A stretch of 64,000 nt of DNA from a virus (IMGVR_UViG_3300030330_003269:1-64000), one strand, 5' to 3'; positions 19,501 through 29,662 are shown, counted from the stretch's first letter. Made by a program: numbers and translations. Notes: generated by a model from the letters alone, not told the origin.

Positions 19501-22500
19501 AAAGAGTGTTGCTGCTGAACTGACTTCATGTATAAGCCCCTTTCCATATTCTGTGTTTAAATGAACATAGCCTCCGTAGCCTCCATAACGGTCAGTTGCT
19601 TTATTTGCATCATCTACATTAACTCTATGTCTTTTTGCTTCTCCATTTAACAAAGAACCATGTGCGCTACCAAATCCTCTCATATCAAAATCCCTGTGGT
19701 TATCATCACCTGTTCCAGTTTTATCATATTCACTAATATTTACAGAAGAAATATTAGGCTTTATTTTGTAATTAATAGAGTGGTGTTCCAATTTAGAATC
19801 ATTTGGATAAACTTCTCTTAGTTCGACAATTGATGATTTAATTTGCGTGGGTTTTTCATTAAAGGAACCATCTGCTTTAGCAATTGATTTGTAATAGGGT
19901 TGTCCATATTTCTTATTAGTGTCTTCGTTGCTAACAAAGATATTTTCTATGTTTAATGGAACAGGCCCACTAGAGGTCAATTTACTATGAGGCAGAGTCA
20001 AAATCTTTCCTCCCCAAAGATGCGCTCCATTAATAAAGACTAAATCATGCGTGTCTTTACTTACTTGGTATATTTTATCTCCAGCAGTATAACTTACATC
20101 TCTGTCTAAGAACAACAAAAATTTACCATTTCCTGTTCCCTTTTCAAACTTTTTAACCATAACATATCCAGCAAAAACAGCATTATCAGTATCGGCTCCT
20201 ATAAATACTGGGTCGCCTCTGTTGAAATTTTTAATGATATTGCCGTTTGCTTCAATAATATTTGGATGTATAGCATTAAGTCCAGCATTTTTATTGGCTT
20301 GTTCCGTATTTGTTAAAGTATATCCTTCACTTTGTCCATAATTTTTAATTTTTCTTCCCAATGTAATAGGCAAATATGGGGCTAATTCAATTTGAGTTAT
20401 GTTGCCTTTTTTTGTAGAAGAAACGATTTCAAAATCAATTAAAGTATTTACAGTATCAAATGTAGAAGCAGAGGCAGAACCATGTTCATCATGTAATTTT
20501 GCTTGAAACGCTAAATCATTTTTAATATTAGATGGGCTATTAATTGAATGCCCTACTGCTCCAACGCTCTGATTAGTGCTGGATGAAACTAAAGTGTCTC
20601 CCTCAGCACCTGAAGAATAAGTAATTTCGTTCCCTGATGTAAAAACTAAACCTTTATTTGCTGAACCAGTTAAACTAGCCGCCTTTTTATCAGCAAAATG
20701 AGATGAGCCAAGTGCCTTTGAAAGAATATAATTTTTTTCTGTTTCCATATAAACTGCTTCATTATTAGCGGCAGTTAGAGAAGAAGTAATTGAATATTGT
20801 CTTGCAGGCCCACCTCCATGAGAATAAGTGCTAGACGCAGTTACTTGCCCAATATATCCATTAGCCGTAAATAATTTTGTTCCTACTACGGGAAAATTAT
20901 CAAAATTAGAACCATCTCCATTATCAGGAATTGTAGTCTGAAATAAAGTAACTCCTAATGGTATAGTAAATGTAGATGCGGCTCTAATATTTGCTAATTT
21001 ATTGTATGGACTATTGCTAGAATAAATAATATCTTCACTAAATAATGTATTTAAATTCACAACAGGAGATAATAATTTATTAAATTTGTCTCTACCTTGA
21101 ATTTCAACAATAGTTTGCCCTTCTTCTTTTTTAGTTTCAATATTTTCTATCTCCCCGTTAAACCTTTCAATAAATACTTGATATTGGCCTTTAGCAAAAC
21201 TTAAAGGATTATTGTTATACGAATCATCCGTAAAAGATAAAGTAAGCATACCTGTGGTAGCATTACAAGCAGTAATACTAGCAAATCTTTCATTATGGTT
21301 TAAAGATGTAAAAGACACATACATCTTGCTAAATCGGTTATTTAGCAGATGTGTGTTTAGCATAAGTGTTCCATCAGTTGCGTTATATGCCCGCCGTTGA
21401 AGCACATCTCCGCTTGTCGGTGTCGTGGACTGTGCGGTGAAAGCGGAGTCATTTACGCCTCTCACATAGGGGTGTGTGTCGCTTTGGAAGGTTATCTCTT
21501 GGGTTGTTCCTGTTAGGCCAGCAATAGACTGAACAATTAAAATATTATCCCCTAACTTGACTTCATCTCCTGCATTTAGAACATCACTTAAATTATATTC
21601 AGTATTGAAAGAAAACACAGCATTAGATGTTTTTGATGAATATGTTGCTGCTAAAGAGAAAAACTCGTTCATATCGCCACGATGAATATTATGTCTTACT
21701 TTGTATTCATAAAACTCTTTAATTTTCTTAGGCATGATTCTTCCGTTATCTAAAATAGAAGTTTCGGAAAAACCACCTTTACCATCAATAGATTCAGTAT
21801 TTACATGTTCAAAAACATTATATAAAAGATTTGATTTAGTAGGAGAATAATCATAATGCAAATATCTTTTTGGTCCAGTATATGTGGGGGTTGCTATCAA
21901 ATCATCGCTAATTCTTCTAGCGTTAGGAAACATAGCATTATAGTCATTAGTGTCGGCAGTAATAGTTGCTCCTTCATTTGTAGTAATAGATGCTCCTTGA
22001 TTTACAGTATTATCTAAATCTCTTAATTTATCTGTTAAAGTAACTCTATGAGAAAATTTACTATAATCAATAACTGTTTTACCAAAATCTTGAACAGTTC
22101 TAAATACAACAGCATCCGTAGTATCAAATGCAAAACTAGTTCCCGAACCGCTTTTTTGCATACAATAGTATTTTGTGTTGTGGTCTAATTCATTTTTCTT
22201 ATCTAAAAGACTATCAAAGAAATAAAACAATGGTCTAGCACAGGAAAGGTTTTCATCCAATGCTATACTATCATTTAGAATACCTCCCGAAAAAGCAACA
22301 ATGTTAGTATTTGTTTTGATGTGGCCTTTGACAATTAAAAATTTTGTATCTTTTGGAATTTCATTACCTAATTTTGGTTCAAACTCAAAAGCATCTCCTT
22401 CTAAGTCTTCTGTTATCATTTCAGTTATTCTAGCAAAATGATGTTTCTTATCATCATCTGAATACACTAATACAAAATAGTTATATGTTGCGAAATCACC

Positions 22501-22740
22501 AGGATTAAAACGAAAGCCTGTGGTTGTTAAAGCATCATAGCATTTAATTCTAAATCCTTTTGTTGTCGCTAAATTAGAATATTGTGTTCCGCCAGTATGG
22601 TCAGTAGCAGTAAAGGTGCTTGCTCCATTTGTAGCAATAGCAGTATAAATTCTATGAGAAGAAGTTATAGAACTATCAGAGAACTTAGGATTTGTCGGAG
22701 ACTCTTCTTTAGATAAGCCTGTGGCTAAATCAACGACCAT
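16546..22740 (-). CDS. Large tail-tip/baseplate hub protein (2064 aa)
   Basis: Size and position after the TMP, Dit-like and LamG genes; C-terminal NEIIVYG...SIQKRG...LRPGDIVNV hub-like motif. Confidence 0.65.
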   Translation of the reverse strand: MVVDLATGLSKEESPTNPKFSDSSITSSHRIYTAIATNGASTFTATDHTGGTQYSNLATTKGFRIKCYDALTTTGFRFNPGDFATYNYFVLVYSDDDKKHHFARITEMITEDLEGDAFEFEPKLGNEIPKDTKFLIVKGHIKTNTNIVAFSGGILNDSIALDENLSCARPLFYFFDSLLDKKNELDHNTKYYCMQKSGSGTSFAFDTTDAVVFRTVQDFGKTVIDYSKFSHRVTLTDKLRDLDNTVNQGASITTNEGATITADTNDYNAMFPNARRISDDLIATPTYTGPKRYLHYDYSPTKSNLLYNVFEHVNTESIDGKGGFSETSILDNGRIMPKKIKEFYEYKVRHNIHRGDMNEFFSLAATYSSKTSNAVFSFNTEYNLSDVLNAGDEVKLGDNILIVQSIAGLTGTTQEITFQSDTHPYVRGVNDSAFTAQSTTPTSGDVLQRRAYNATDGTLMLNTHLLNNRFSKMYVSFTSLNHNERFASITACNATTGMLTLSFTDDSYNNNPLSFAKGQYQVFIERFNGEIENIETKKEEGQTIVEIQGRDKFNKLLSPVVNLNTLFSEDIIYSSNSPYNKLANIRAASTFTIPLGVTLFQTTIPDNGDGSNFDNFPVVGTKLFTANGYIGQVTASSTYSHGGGPARQYSITSSLTAANNEAVYMETEKNYILSKALGSSHFADKKAASLTGSANKGLVFTSGNEITYSSGAEGDTLVSSSTNQSVGAVGHSINSPSNIKNDLAFQAKLHDEHGSASASTFDTVNTLIDFEIVSSTKKGNITQIELAPYLPITLGRKIKNYGQSEGYTLTNTEQANKNAGLNAIHPNIIEANGNIIKNFNRGDPVFIGADTDNAVFAGYVMVKKFEKGTGNGKFLLFLDRDVSYTAGDKIYQVSKDTHDLVFINGAHLWGGKILTLPHSKLTSSGPVPLNIENIFVSNEDTNKKYGQPYYKSIAKADGSFNEKPTQIKSSIVELREVYPNDSKLEHHSINYKIKPNISSVNISEYDKTGTGDDNHRDFDMRGFGSAHGSLLNGEAKRHRVNVDDANKATDRYGGYGGYVHLNTEYGKGLIHEVSSAATLFLYINSDILPYSSLRGDSIMDGNKNIIDYNLLLIENKKTKDSSLTYTNTTAGNQVRLTDDNFQTITIQNNTDISSLKRFGIMRLTELCFDIHYNLFNPEKETVPNQEYIRVAQLTGEHFSSAIGTLDATSITDSMTGSLASEPTKIKLATVSTNPANGDFLYDTNYKLIGRVNSYDTGTKVITFTSDVNLNDDASLTVGNIYKDGGQGTAFGLEGSKDRDTFMSEDRAHIQKGAIVSGNYGSQSSDAWHGFHNNVIAGFASTDAVVFPIRVSYSNTLNTPGNTPRIFFSRPFYYMLGFADNLYDHNIVVALDTYMIENGQKHDINAGATIPLSDGRQYDHDDAASTKRSLTIGKTSSNYIFGEKTRGSSNTKATTSPYEATGIKIGIKPRLWYDASEHDTVSSIGSSSGTLYEYGFNAYAEKLGWMDMIDLTGCYLVSEAGKDIDLGKTVITGDENAESSRNMNNVVPNDIIYVVSHTVTNSGGLKNHLILDKQLVDESAYRVLKPNETTFYDYSPKEIKLNTLHSKYTKMANEDKMYDINQDIDIVEGTRGKTLTGSTPDKTGPNQEAFLSMYVVVDPDKQSSTENHLVMRTDTNFLEIMSEGNYNMYMSDGEDNTKTSLEVIKNVSVDGTSSPTPQNTVVLNFSKIKEMQGVVSVSETFTLDTAQEIQIDAKRACIGSTVSVGLEGEDLINELLEQEGIEFETTSTDTPMYLAPNYQGLDLFSAIKYVLDKKEMKLVEENNVFKIVPDDTNDYYTNIIIDDSEEYLISEFEKVSTTFDFYNEIIVYGLSHKASRKDIRSIQKRGRKTLEVVDNTLLTQEEVNKQAIRLLLIHSRVNQKLTFTMQNKGINQLRPGDIVNVSIPRENIEMSEYIILEMEHLLTGFIKLQLGRYTKDLSDIFSELLVSSKETKAALRNNDLTTNEISFDFLDSINIKGLKLLVRKREASGGMTFGFGQAFNTSTAKLGFEGGASITLTDLLERDLT

Positions 22741-23927
22741 TATTCATCCACCTCCTCAAATCTTAAATATAAAACAGTATTGTTATAGTTAGGCATTAAG
22801 TTATTTGTTGCCGAAAATTGGGTTTTTCTAATATTCATAAAACTTAATTCATGAAGTTCACCCATAAATTGATTGTTGGTTTTTGCGGAACTTACTCCTG
22901 TTGTTCCGCCACCATTTGCACCAATATAAAAATCTTCTGCGGCCATAGAAAATGAATCTGTTTGAGTATGGGTTCCTGTTTTTACTAGCCTCCCATTAAA
23001 GAAAATAAGAATCTCTTTATTTTGATTATCCCACGCACAAGCAATATGATAGGTGTTGTTTATATAACTTGGCTCAAAATACTTATCATGGATATAAAGA
23101 TTAGTATTTACACCAACTGCTTGCGAAGGGGCTGCTTTTAAAGTTAAAGCACTTGCAGTAGCACTATCAACAAAACCGATAGAAGTAAAAGTAAAACCAT
23201 CTCTAACAAATATCTCTTTAAACTCACTAACATAATCATTTGGGTTGCCACCGCTTACATTTACTGCATGACTTCCACTAAAAATTGAACTTGTTTTACC
23301 AATAAGTCTATATTTTGCTTTACCGTCTGCATCAAACCCAGTTAAGTCATTATCTCCGCCCGACCATTCATCAGCCGCATAAGAATATTGCGCCCCTAAA
23401 TTTGGAACAATAACTTCATCTGTTGTAAAATACTCCATAGAAGCAGTTCCTAATTTAATACCTACTTTAATTTTATATCTTGCTGGATTATTCCAATTAT
23501 GAGTTGTGCTATTAATTAAACTAATTTGTAAGTTAGTGCTATGAAAAATACGCATTTCGTGTGTTCCTCTATCATCTTTGTCCATATATTTATGGTTTTC
23601 ATAATTACTTTCAGTAGCGGCAAAATTTAATCCATTCTGTATCTTTTTACTACCCGAAACATATGCTTTAGCACTTCCCGAAGGATTATTGTCTGTAAAT
23701 TGTGGAGGAAACTCATTCCCAGATGCGGCATAAAAGCCATAGCCATTAATTTCATATGGTGTCAAAACACACTCAAATGTAAAATTATTATCTAAATTCC
23801 AAAGACCATAAGGAATACCTGTTCCTGTTGAAGCAATATTATCGGAATAATCTAATGTCAAAAAACCATTACACATGACTGGAAAAACAAGCGAGCGTTG
23901 TTTTCCTGCGAAAATAGAATATGACAT
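22740..23927 (-). CDS. LamG/concanavalin-A-like tail protein
   Basis: FTFEC, YHIACAWD, IFFNG, FYIG, FMGELHEL and LYLRFEE LamG pattern. Confidence 0.75.
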   Translation of the reverse strand: MSYSIFAGKQRSLVFPVMCNGFLTLDYSDNIASTGTGIPYGLWNLDNNFTFECVLTPYEINGYGFYAASGNEFPPQFTDNNPSGSAKAYVSGSKKIQNGLNFAATESNYENHKYMDKDDRGTHEMRIFHSTNLQISLINSTTHNWNNPARYKIKVGIKLGTASMEYFTTDEVIVPNLGAQYSYAADEWSGGDNDLTGFDADGKAKYRLIGKTSSIFSGSHAVNVSGGNPNDYVSEFKEIFVRDGFTFTSIGFVDSATASALTLKAAPSQAVGVNTNLYIHDKYFEPSYINNTYHIACAWDNQNKEILIFFNGRLVKTGTHTQTDSFSMAAEDFYIGANGGGTTGVSSAKTNNQFMGELHELSFMNIRKTQFSATNNLMPNYNNTVLYLRFEEVDE

Positions 23928-23936
23928 AACGAAACC

Positions 23937-24608
23937 TCAAGGTAAAATTAAAGCAACAACAAAATCTAAATTAAAAGAAACATCCACCGATTCAGCATTT
24001 AATTCATATCCAAAGTTTTGAATAAAACCTTTTAGTCCTTCAGAAGTTGATGCTGTTGGAAAAGGTAAAGAACCACTAACATTGGTATTATCTAAAGTAT
24101 TAGGTTCACCTCTTGCTCTAAATGTCAAAGGAATATCAACAGAAACACTTCCTAAAGCAACGGTTGATGAATCGGGACTTGTTGGATTATCTGCAAGTCT
24201 TCCTCTATCAATGTAATTTTCATTAACAAAAGATGGAGTTAAAACCACTAATTCGTTGATAGCCTGATAAGTTGCTAAACCCGTTGAATCAACACCTGAA
24301 GCAATCATCTGCGCTAATTCTTGTGCTGTGAATTTTAATGTTCTATGAGGCGATGTATCAGGAGAATGGGTTCTTTGTATTTCAGTTGGCAGAATGAATC
24401 CTGTTAAACTAATTCTTTTGCTAGACATTCCTAAATCTAAAGCAGCAGTAAGAGATTCACCTGTTGCTAAACCACTTAAAGGTAAAGGAAAAGCAGGAAT
24501 CTGCTTATCAACAGAAACAGAGACAGAAGTCACTTTTAATGGAATAGTATCAATAATTGCACTACTACCTGAATGATTTTGTATTTTTAAATAAACTGTG
24601 CTTGTCAT
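23937..24608 (-). CDS. Distal tail-type protein
   Basis: Immediately after the TMP; LDLGMSSKRISLTG and GFIQNF...VSFNLDF beta pattern. Confidence 0.5.
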   Translation of the reverse strand: MTSTVYLKIQNHSGSSAIIDTIPLKVTSVSVSVDKQIPAFPLPLSGLATGESLTAALDLGMSSKRISLTGFILPTEIQRTHSPDTSPHRTLKFTAQELAQMIASGVDSTGLATYQAINELVVLTPSFVNENYIDRGRLADNPTSPDSSTVALGSVSVDIPLTFRARGEPNTLDNTNVSGSLPFPTASTSEGLKGFIQNFGYELNAESVDVSFNLDFVVALILP

Positions 24609-24612
24609 TTAA

Positions 24613-26769
24613 TCACCTCAAAGTGCTAGAAGATGTGCTTCTATTAATTTTTGAATTAATCATACGACCGATTTCATCAGCCATTCTTCTCATTTCTGCC
24701 TTTGAAGAGTCTTTTGCATTGACGGTAATATTGAAGTTATTTACAACAGAGCCTCCACTAACCATTTTCTTTGAATCTCTATTTGAATGAATTCTAGTTC
24801 CTGCTCTTAAGTTCACCAATTCTGGCCCCTTTTCACCAACAACCGCTAAACCGCCAGAAGAAACACCTCCTTCGGCAAAGAATGGTAATTGCTTTAATGC
24901 TTTGAATACTACTGCACCTACCGCCGCAACAATAATTAATGGTAATTGAATCGGTAATAACGCAATAATTCCCATAACTAGGAGAATGGTGGTTATTAGC
25001 CTTGTAATGTCTTTTAATTTTTGCCCAATACTAATAGTTTGGTCATTACCCCAATCTTTGAACCTTTCCCATAAGACATATATTGGCGAAAGAAGGAGGG
25101 CTAATAAACTAAGTCCTAACGCTAATACACCATTTAGAAGAACTTTACCAAAACCTGATACTATTCCCACTAATCCATCATAAATTTTCGCACCATCTCC
25201 TCCAAAGATTCCACTTAAAAAGAGCATAACTCCATCTAAAACCATTTTTCCTCCTTCCATTATTTTTGTAATAAATCCCTGAACTATGGGTTTAATGGTA
25301 TCAAAGAATTGTTTAAACCTTTCTGAATTATTTTCTACAAATTTCTTAATGACATTAAAAGCAAGTGCAAACAGAATGAAATACATGGTAGCAGTTAATA
25401 AGAATTTAGTTAGAATTGCCAGTGCTTTAATTCCTCTTAAAACGAATTTTCCAATAGGGCCACTATGTTCAATTAAATCATCAAAAGCCTCACTAAGTTC
25501 TTCTCTTACAAAATCCATTTTTTCATAAACGGGGTTAAGCCCATCTAAAAGTATCTTTGGAGTTAGCATTTTTCCTATGCTAAACATACCTCCTTTTAGA
25601 GTTTTATCTACTTTTTCCATTTGTTCTTTCTGTCCCTGTATAGCCTTATCTAAAAACGACATTGTTTTTTCAGCATCTGCAACTTCTTCTGCTGTAGAAG
25701 TGCCAGATAAAGATATTTGTCTCGCATCCTCTCTTTTTTGTTGCATTTCTGTTAGACTACTTTCCATTTCTTCTCTTTTCTTAGTGAGTTTTCTTAAACC
25801 CTTTCTATCTAAGGTTGAAGCAAAAAGTGTTTTTGTAATAATATTTCCAGTATTTTCAGCATCTGCTTTTAAAGTTCTCATTGTTCCGCCAACGAAATTT
25901 AAAGATGAAGCAAACTTATTTACTAATCTAAATGTTCCAGGCGGTAAAAACCCATACATGAACTTTCTAACAGAAGCAACTTCAACTCCAAAGATTTTTA
26001 ATTCTTCTCTTGTTGAAGTTAAAAACTGAGCAAGATATTCCGCACTAGTTCCCCCTTGTTCTAAATAAAGATTTAATCCTTCAAAAAATGGTAATTTTCT
26101 TTGTTGGGTTCGGTCATAATACTCTTGGATAGTGGCACTCATAATTCTAGTTCTGGTATCTAAAGTCTCCAAAGTCGTATCTTCAGACTTAACAAACTTA
26201 CCGTAAGATTTTTCTAATTTCTCAAATTCTTCTCTTCTTTCTCTTTGTGCCCTTAGCATTTCAGCCGCATCACTTTGATTTGCAGTTCTAGCAGCCTGTT
26301 GAACAACTCGTTCTAATGATTGCATTGAACTCGCTAATTGAGTATTAGTATCTTTAATGCTGTCTTTCATTCTTCTTTGTGCCGCTTCTATTTCATCAGT
26401 CATTTGAGTCATGTTTTGATAAGAACCCGCTAAACCATCAATTTTAGTGGTTAGTTCATTTATATCTTTTTGTGTTTCTTGTCTCTGCTCACCTATAATT
26501 CTTTGAATATCAGCCTGCTGGCTTAAAGTATCATTTAATGCATCAATAGAAGTATTATACCCTGCAAATAAAGCCACCGTATTTTGGTTCATTGCTTGTA
26601 TTTCTGAACTAAGACTAACATAAGAGTCTTTAAGTTTATTTATTTCCTCTTGCTGTTCATTAAACTTTTGTGCGGCTTTTTTGACGGTTGAAAAGTCCTT
26701 TGCCAAATCTCTTAACTCATCCTTAATACTAAGAATATTATTTTTAACAGTTAAGAGCCCATCAGTCAT
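24613..26769 (-). CDS. Tail tape measure protein
   Basis: Long coiled coil, hydrophobic segments, C-terminal FAEGG...AVVGEKGPELV motif; follows the tail chaperones. Confidence 0.85.
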   Translation of the reverse strand: MTDGLLTVKNNILSIKDELRDLAKDFSTVKKAAQKFNEQQEEINKLKDSYVSLSSEIQAMNQNTVALFAGYNTSIDALNDTLSQQADIQRIIGEQRQETQKDINELTTKIDGLAGSYQNMTQMTDEIEAAQRRMKDSIKDTNTQLASSMQSLERVVQQAARTANQSDAAEMLRAQRERREEFEKLEKSYGKFVKSEDTTLETLDTRTRIMSATIQEYYDRTQQRKLPFFEGLNLYLEQGGTSAEYLAQFLTSTREELKIFGVEVASVRKFMYGFLPPGTFRLVNKFASSLNFVGGTMRTLKADAENTGNIITKTLFASTLDRKGLRKLTKKREEMESSLTEMQQKREDARQISLSGTSTAEEVADAEKTMSFLDKAIQGQKEQMEKVDKTLKGGMFSIGKMLTPKILLDGLNPVYEKMDFVREELSEAFDDLIEHSGPIGKFVLRGIKALAILTKFLLTATMYFILFALAFNVIKKFVENNSERFKQFFDTIKPIVQGFITKIMEGGKMVLDGVMLFLSGIFGGDGAKIYDGLVGIVSGFGKVLLNGVLALGLSLLALLLSPIYVLWERFKDWGNDQTISIGQKLKDITRLITTILLVMGIIALLPIQLPLIIVAAVGAVVFKALKQLPFFAEGGVSSGGLAVVGEKGPELVNLRAGTRIHSNRDSKKMVSGGSVVNNFNITVNAKDSSKAEMRRMADEIGRMINSKINRSTSSSTLR

Positions 26770-26770
26770 T

Positions 26771-26974
26771 TTAAATTCCTCTTTTTGCTTTTTCTAATTC
26801 TTTTGCTTCTAATTCATTTTGTATATTAACCATCATTAATAAATCAGAGACTAAACTACTAGGCATTTTATAGACCTCTAACGGACTAATGCCCAACGCT
26901 TTAGAAAGCGTATAAACGACAAAGAGAGAAGCATCCTGTGGAAATATCTTACCACCATTTAATGCGCCTCTCAA
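26771..26974 (-). CDS. Tail assembly chaperone frameshift extension (gpT-like)
   Basis: Lies in the -1 frame after slippery A AAA AAC; LSKALGISPLEVYKMP motif. Confidence 0.75.
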   Translation of the reverse strand: MRGALNGGKIFPQDASLFVVYTLSKALGISPLEVYKMPSSLVSDLLMMVNIQNELEAKELEKAKRGI

Positions 26975-27348
26975 TCTTCGTTTTTTTCTTCATCCCCTGA
27001 AAGAGAATCAAATGGATTTGGTAAAATTTCTTTTAGTTGTTTACCAATATAAACATTTAATCTAAGAATATCAATTGCTGAAAGGCTTGGTTCAGTCTTT
27101 GTAATAAAATTTTCAACCATGTATTTAAACATAGCATTCAAATCTAAATCCATCTGTTGCGTTCTTGTATTTACTTTCATAACGCTATTGATGGCTTTAT
27201 CTACCTCAAGCCATGTGGGTTCTTTGACCCACACTTTGAGGTATTCTTCTTTATCGGGTGCTACACGAATATGGTGTAGCGTAGGCTCGCTTAGTGCAAA
27301 AAGCACACTCTTATCTGATACAATTTTTTTGTTCAACATTTTATCCAC
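26971..27348 (-). CDS. Tail assembly chaperone (gpG-like)
   Basis: Between tail tube and TMP; ends ...EEKNED over a slippery heptamer. Confidence 0.75.
   Translation of the reverse strand: MDKMLNKKIVSDKSVLFALSEPTLHHIRVAPDKEEYLKVWVKEPTWLEVDKAINSVMKVNTRTQQMDLDLNAMFKYMVENFITKTEPSLSAIDILRLNVYIGKQLKEILPNPFDSLSGDEEKNED
26980..26986 (-). promoter_or_regulatory. Programmed -1 ribosomal frameshift site (A AAA AAC)
   Basis: X XXY YYZ heptamer in frame, 3 codons before the stop; the -1 frame reads KRRLRGALNGG into the next ORF. Confidence 0.8.
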
Positions 27349-27388
27349 CTTCTATACCAACAAACAAACAAACGGTGTTGGTGGAATA

Positions 27389-27505
27389 TTATTCTGCTAA
27401 CTTAGACTTTTTAGGAGTTTCCTCTGCTTTCTTTTCTGCTTTCTTTTGCTTTTTTGTTTTACTAGCCTCAACAATCTGCAAATTCTTTTCGTATCTTGAA
27501 ACCAT
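27389..27505 (-). CDS. 38-aa Lys-rich peptide (not in ORF track)
   Basis: MVSRYEKNLQIVEASKTKKQKKAEKKAEETPKKSKLAE; GGGGTGA RBS. Confidence 0.55.
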   Translation of the reverse strand: MVSRYEKNLQIVEASKTKKQKKAEKKAEETPKKSKLAE

Positions 27506-27509
27506 GTAA

Positions 27510-29120
27510 TCACCCCTGCAAAACCCAATGAGTCTTAACTGTGCAAGTGTTTAATGTTCTTGGCATAACTGTTGCTTCAACAACAATTGGGCCTTTATCA
27601 TCAGCAATTGGGAAATTGTTTGCACTAACGAAGTAATCATCAAACTTCAAGGTGATGTTTTCCCCGTTTGCCTTTGTAAAGATTAATTCAATTGTTTGAG
27701 TCGTATCTTCAGAGTCATTCAAAAGAGCAGTATAAAGAGCATCATCAGTCACATGGCCCGTAAATGAAATCTCATAGGTTCTTTGGGCTGGAATTGCTTC
27801 TTGAACATCTTTACTACCAACGCCTAAGAATCTTCGGTCTTGAAGATTATTGTTCATTGTCAAAGTTAAAGAGTTAATCTTAAGGAAAGATTCACCGAGA
27901 ACCTTGAATGTTCCATCTGAGAAAAAGAACGGTTCTCTCATTTGGTCAGTATTTGTGGAACTTTCATAATTGAAGAAAGAAGTTTCAGCATCAACGCCTC
28001 TTCTTGCATCATATCTTTCACCCTGTTCTAAATCGTGAACATTTCTAGTATTTAGGTCAAGAGTCATTTTTACTTCTTCATTTTCGTTAGCGGTCATTGT
28101 TAAAGTATTGACTCGGCAACCTCTTGCGATTTTAACAAAGTTCAAATCTTCTGCTTCCGAAGCAGTATTTGTTCTGTATTGATTGGTTCCAGTTAATTTG
28201 GAGAGATTCTGTTCAAGAGAGAAAGAAGGCAGAAGGTCGCCATCTTGTTCACCGAAGGTATAGGTAATAGCATCAGAAATAGAAGTTGTTCCACTTGCTC
28301 TTGTTAATGTGTCCATATCACCCAAAGTATGCAAATGTGGAGCAAGCGGAGGACAGAATTTACTACCGATTGTTCTAAAGAAAAGAGGGCCAGTTTCGCT
28401 AACATTCGCAATATCTTTTCCACTTCCAGCAGTTACTCCTGTTGCTTCAATAAACACTTTGTTATTATCTCCTGAATTACCAGTAGCATAAATAGTAGGT
28501 GTTCCAGCAGGTTGAGCAACAGTAGCCTTTACATTGGTGCATTTACCCAAGAAATAATATAAGAAAGCACCGTGATTGGAAACTAATCCAAGATTACCTC
28601 CGCTAAAGGATGTAATTCCTTTATATTGATAGGTATAGTTTCTTGAACCACCGAGAGAAAGATTCATTTGTTTCATTTCAACCTCAGTAGTTGGAAAAGT
28701 AGCACTTTCAAGAATACCAATCCATTCATCGGATAATAGTCTCTTTGTTGCACTTCCTCCTGTTCCGTCCTTAACAGCAGGAACAGGTGCGCCATAGGAT
28801 TTAATTACAAAGTATGAACCCGTTGGAATATCAGTAAGACTGGGAGAAAAGACAATATCATCTAAAGTGTTAGATGTAATTCTATGTGTAGATTGCAGTT
28901 GATTAGTAGAATTATAACGCTCTAATAAACAACCTTTATATAAATTAGTAAGCAACAAGAAAGAAGAAGTAAAATCACTATCTACTCTAATTGTATCAAC
29001 TTCTCCTTTTCCATCATTAAAAGCCACATTGTCTGTGTGCTTTCCACCAACATAAATGTCGTTTTCTGGAATAAATGTTATACTTGCGCCGCTTCCTAAA
29101 AAAATGTCTGTATTTGCCAT
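27510..29120 (-). CDS. Major tail tube protein
   Basis: LPSFSLEQ, GCRVNTLTM, FFFSDG, SLTLTMNNNL and RTYEISF tube-protein pattern; start MANTDIF. Confidence 0.75.
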   Translation of the reverse strand: MANTDIFLGSGASITFIPENDIYVGGKHTDNVAFNDGKGEVDTIRVDSDFTSSFLLLTNLYKGCLLERYNSTNQLQSTHRITSNTLDDIVFSPSLTDIPTGSYFVIKSYGAPVPAVKDGTGGSATKRLLSDEWIGILESATFPTTEVEMKQMNLSLGGSRNYTYQYKGITSFSGGNLGLVSNHGAFLYYFLGKCTNVKATVAQPAGTPTIYATGNSGDNNKVFIEATGVTAGSGKDIANVSETGPLFFRTIGSKFCPPLAPHLHTLGDMDTLTRASGTTSISDAITYTFGEQDGDLLPSFSLEQNLSKLTGTNQYRTNTASEAEDLNFVKIARGCRVNTLTMTANENEEVKMTLDLNTRNVHDLEQGERYDARRGVDAETSFFNYESSTNTDQMREPFFFSDGTFKVLGESFLKINSLTLTMNNNLQDRRFLGVGSKDVQEAIPAQRTYEISFTGHVTDDALYTALLNDSEDTTQTIELIFTKANGENITLKFDDYFVSANNFPIADDKGPIVVEATVMPRTLNTCTVKTHWVLQG

Positions 29121-29149
29121 ATGCTTCTCCCCCTTTTCCAACTAACTTA

Positions 29150-29662
29150 CTAGGGAATAGATAATGCGAATCTTTTTGCTTCTAAATTAACTTTATATCC
29201 GAATAAACGCTTGGCTCTATCATTTGATTCGCTTCTTGAACCAACAAACAACTGATTGAACTTTGACCCATCACTTGCGGTATAGCCCTTGCGCTTACCC
29301 TCAAGAACCCTACGCAGAATCAAGTATATAGCCCTTAGCCTGTCCTTGCCGTAGGCCGAATCCTCGCCACCCCTTTCATCGTGCAAAACACGAATATGAA
29401 GTGTAAATGAGTAGGTTTCGTTTCTAATATCATAATGAATCGTTGGATATTCAATATTCTGTGAATCTTCAAAAACAACAATTGTTGCAGGTGTGCGACT
29501 TAAATCTACTCTTTTTCCTTTATTTGCAGCAGTAGTTCTAATATCAATAACATCGGGCGTTACGGCGTGAGAAGCAGAAATAGTTCCTGCGCTGACTAAA
29601 GCGGTAGCGTTGGAAGACCAATTTGTATTTATCAAATCTATGAGAAGAGAGACTTCATCCAT
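29150..29662 (-). CDS. Tail terminator/completion protein
   Basis: Position between adaptor and tube; alpha-beta pattern. Confidence 0.5.
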   Translation of the reverse strand: MDEVSLLIDLINTNWSSNATALVSAGTISASHAVTPDVIDIRTTAANKGKRVDLSRTPATIVVFEDSQNIEYPTIHYDIRNETYSFTLHIRVLHDERGGEDSAYGKDRLRAIYLILRRVLEGKRKGYTASDGSKFNQLFVGSRSESNDRAKRLFGYKVNLEAKRFALSIP

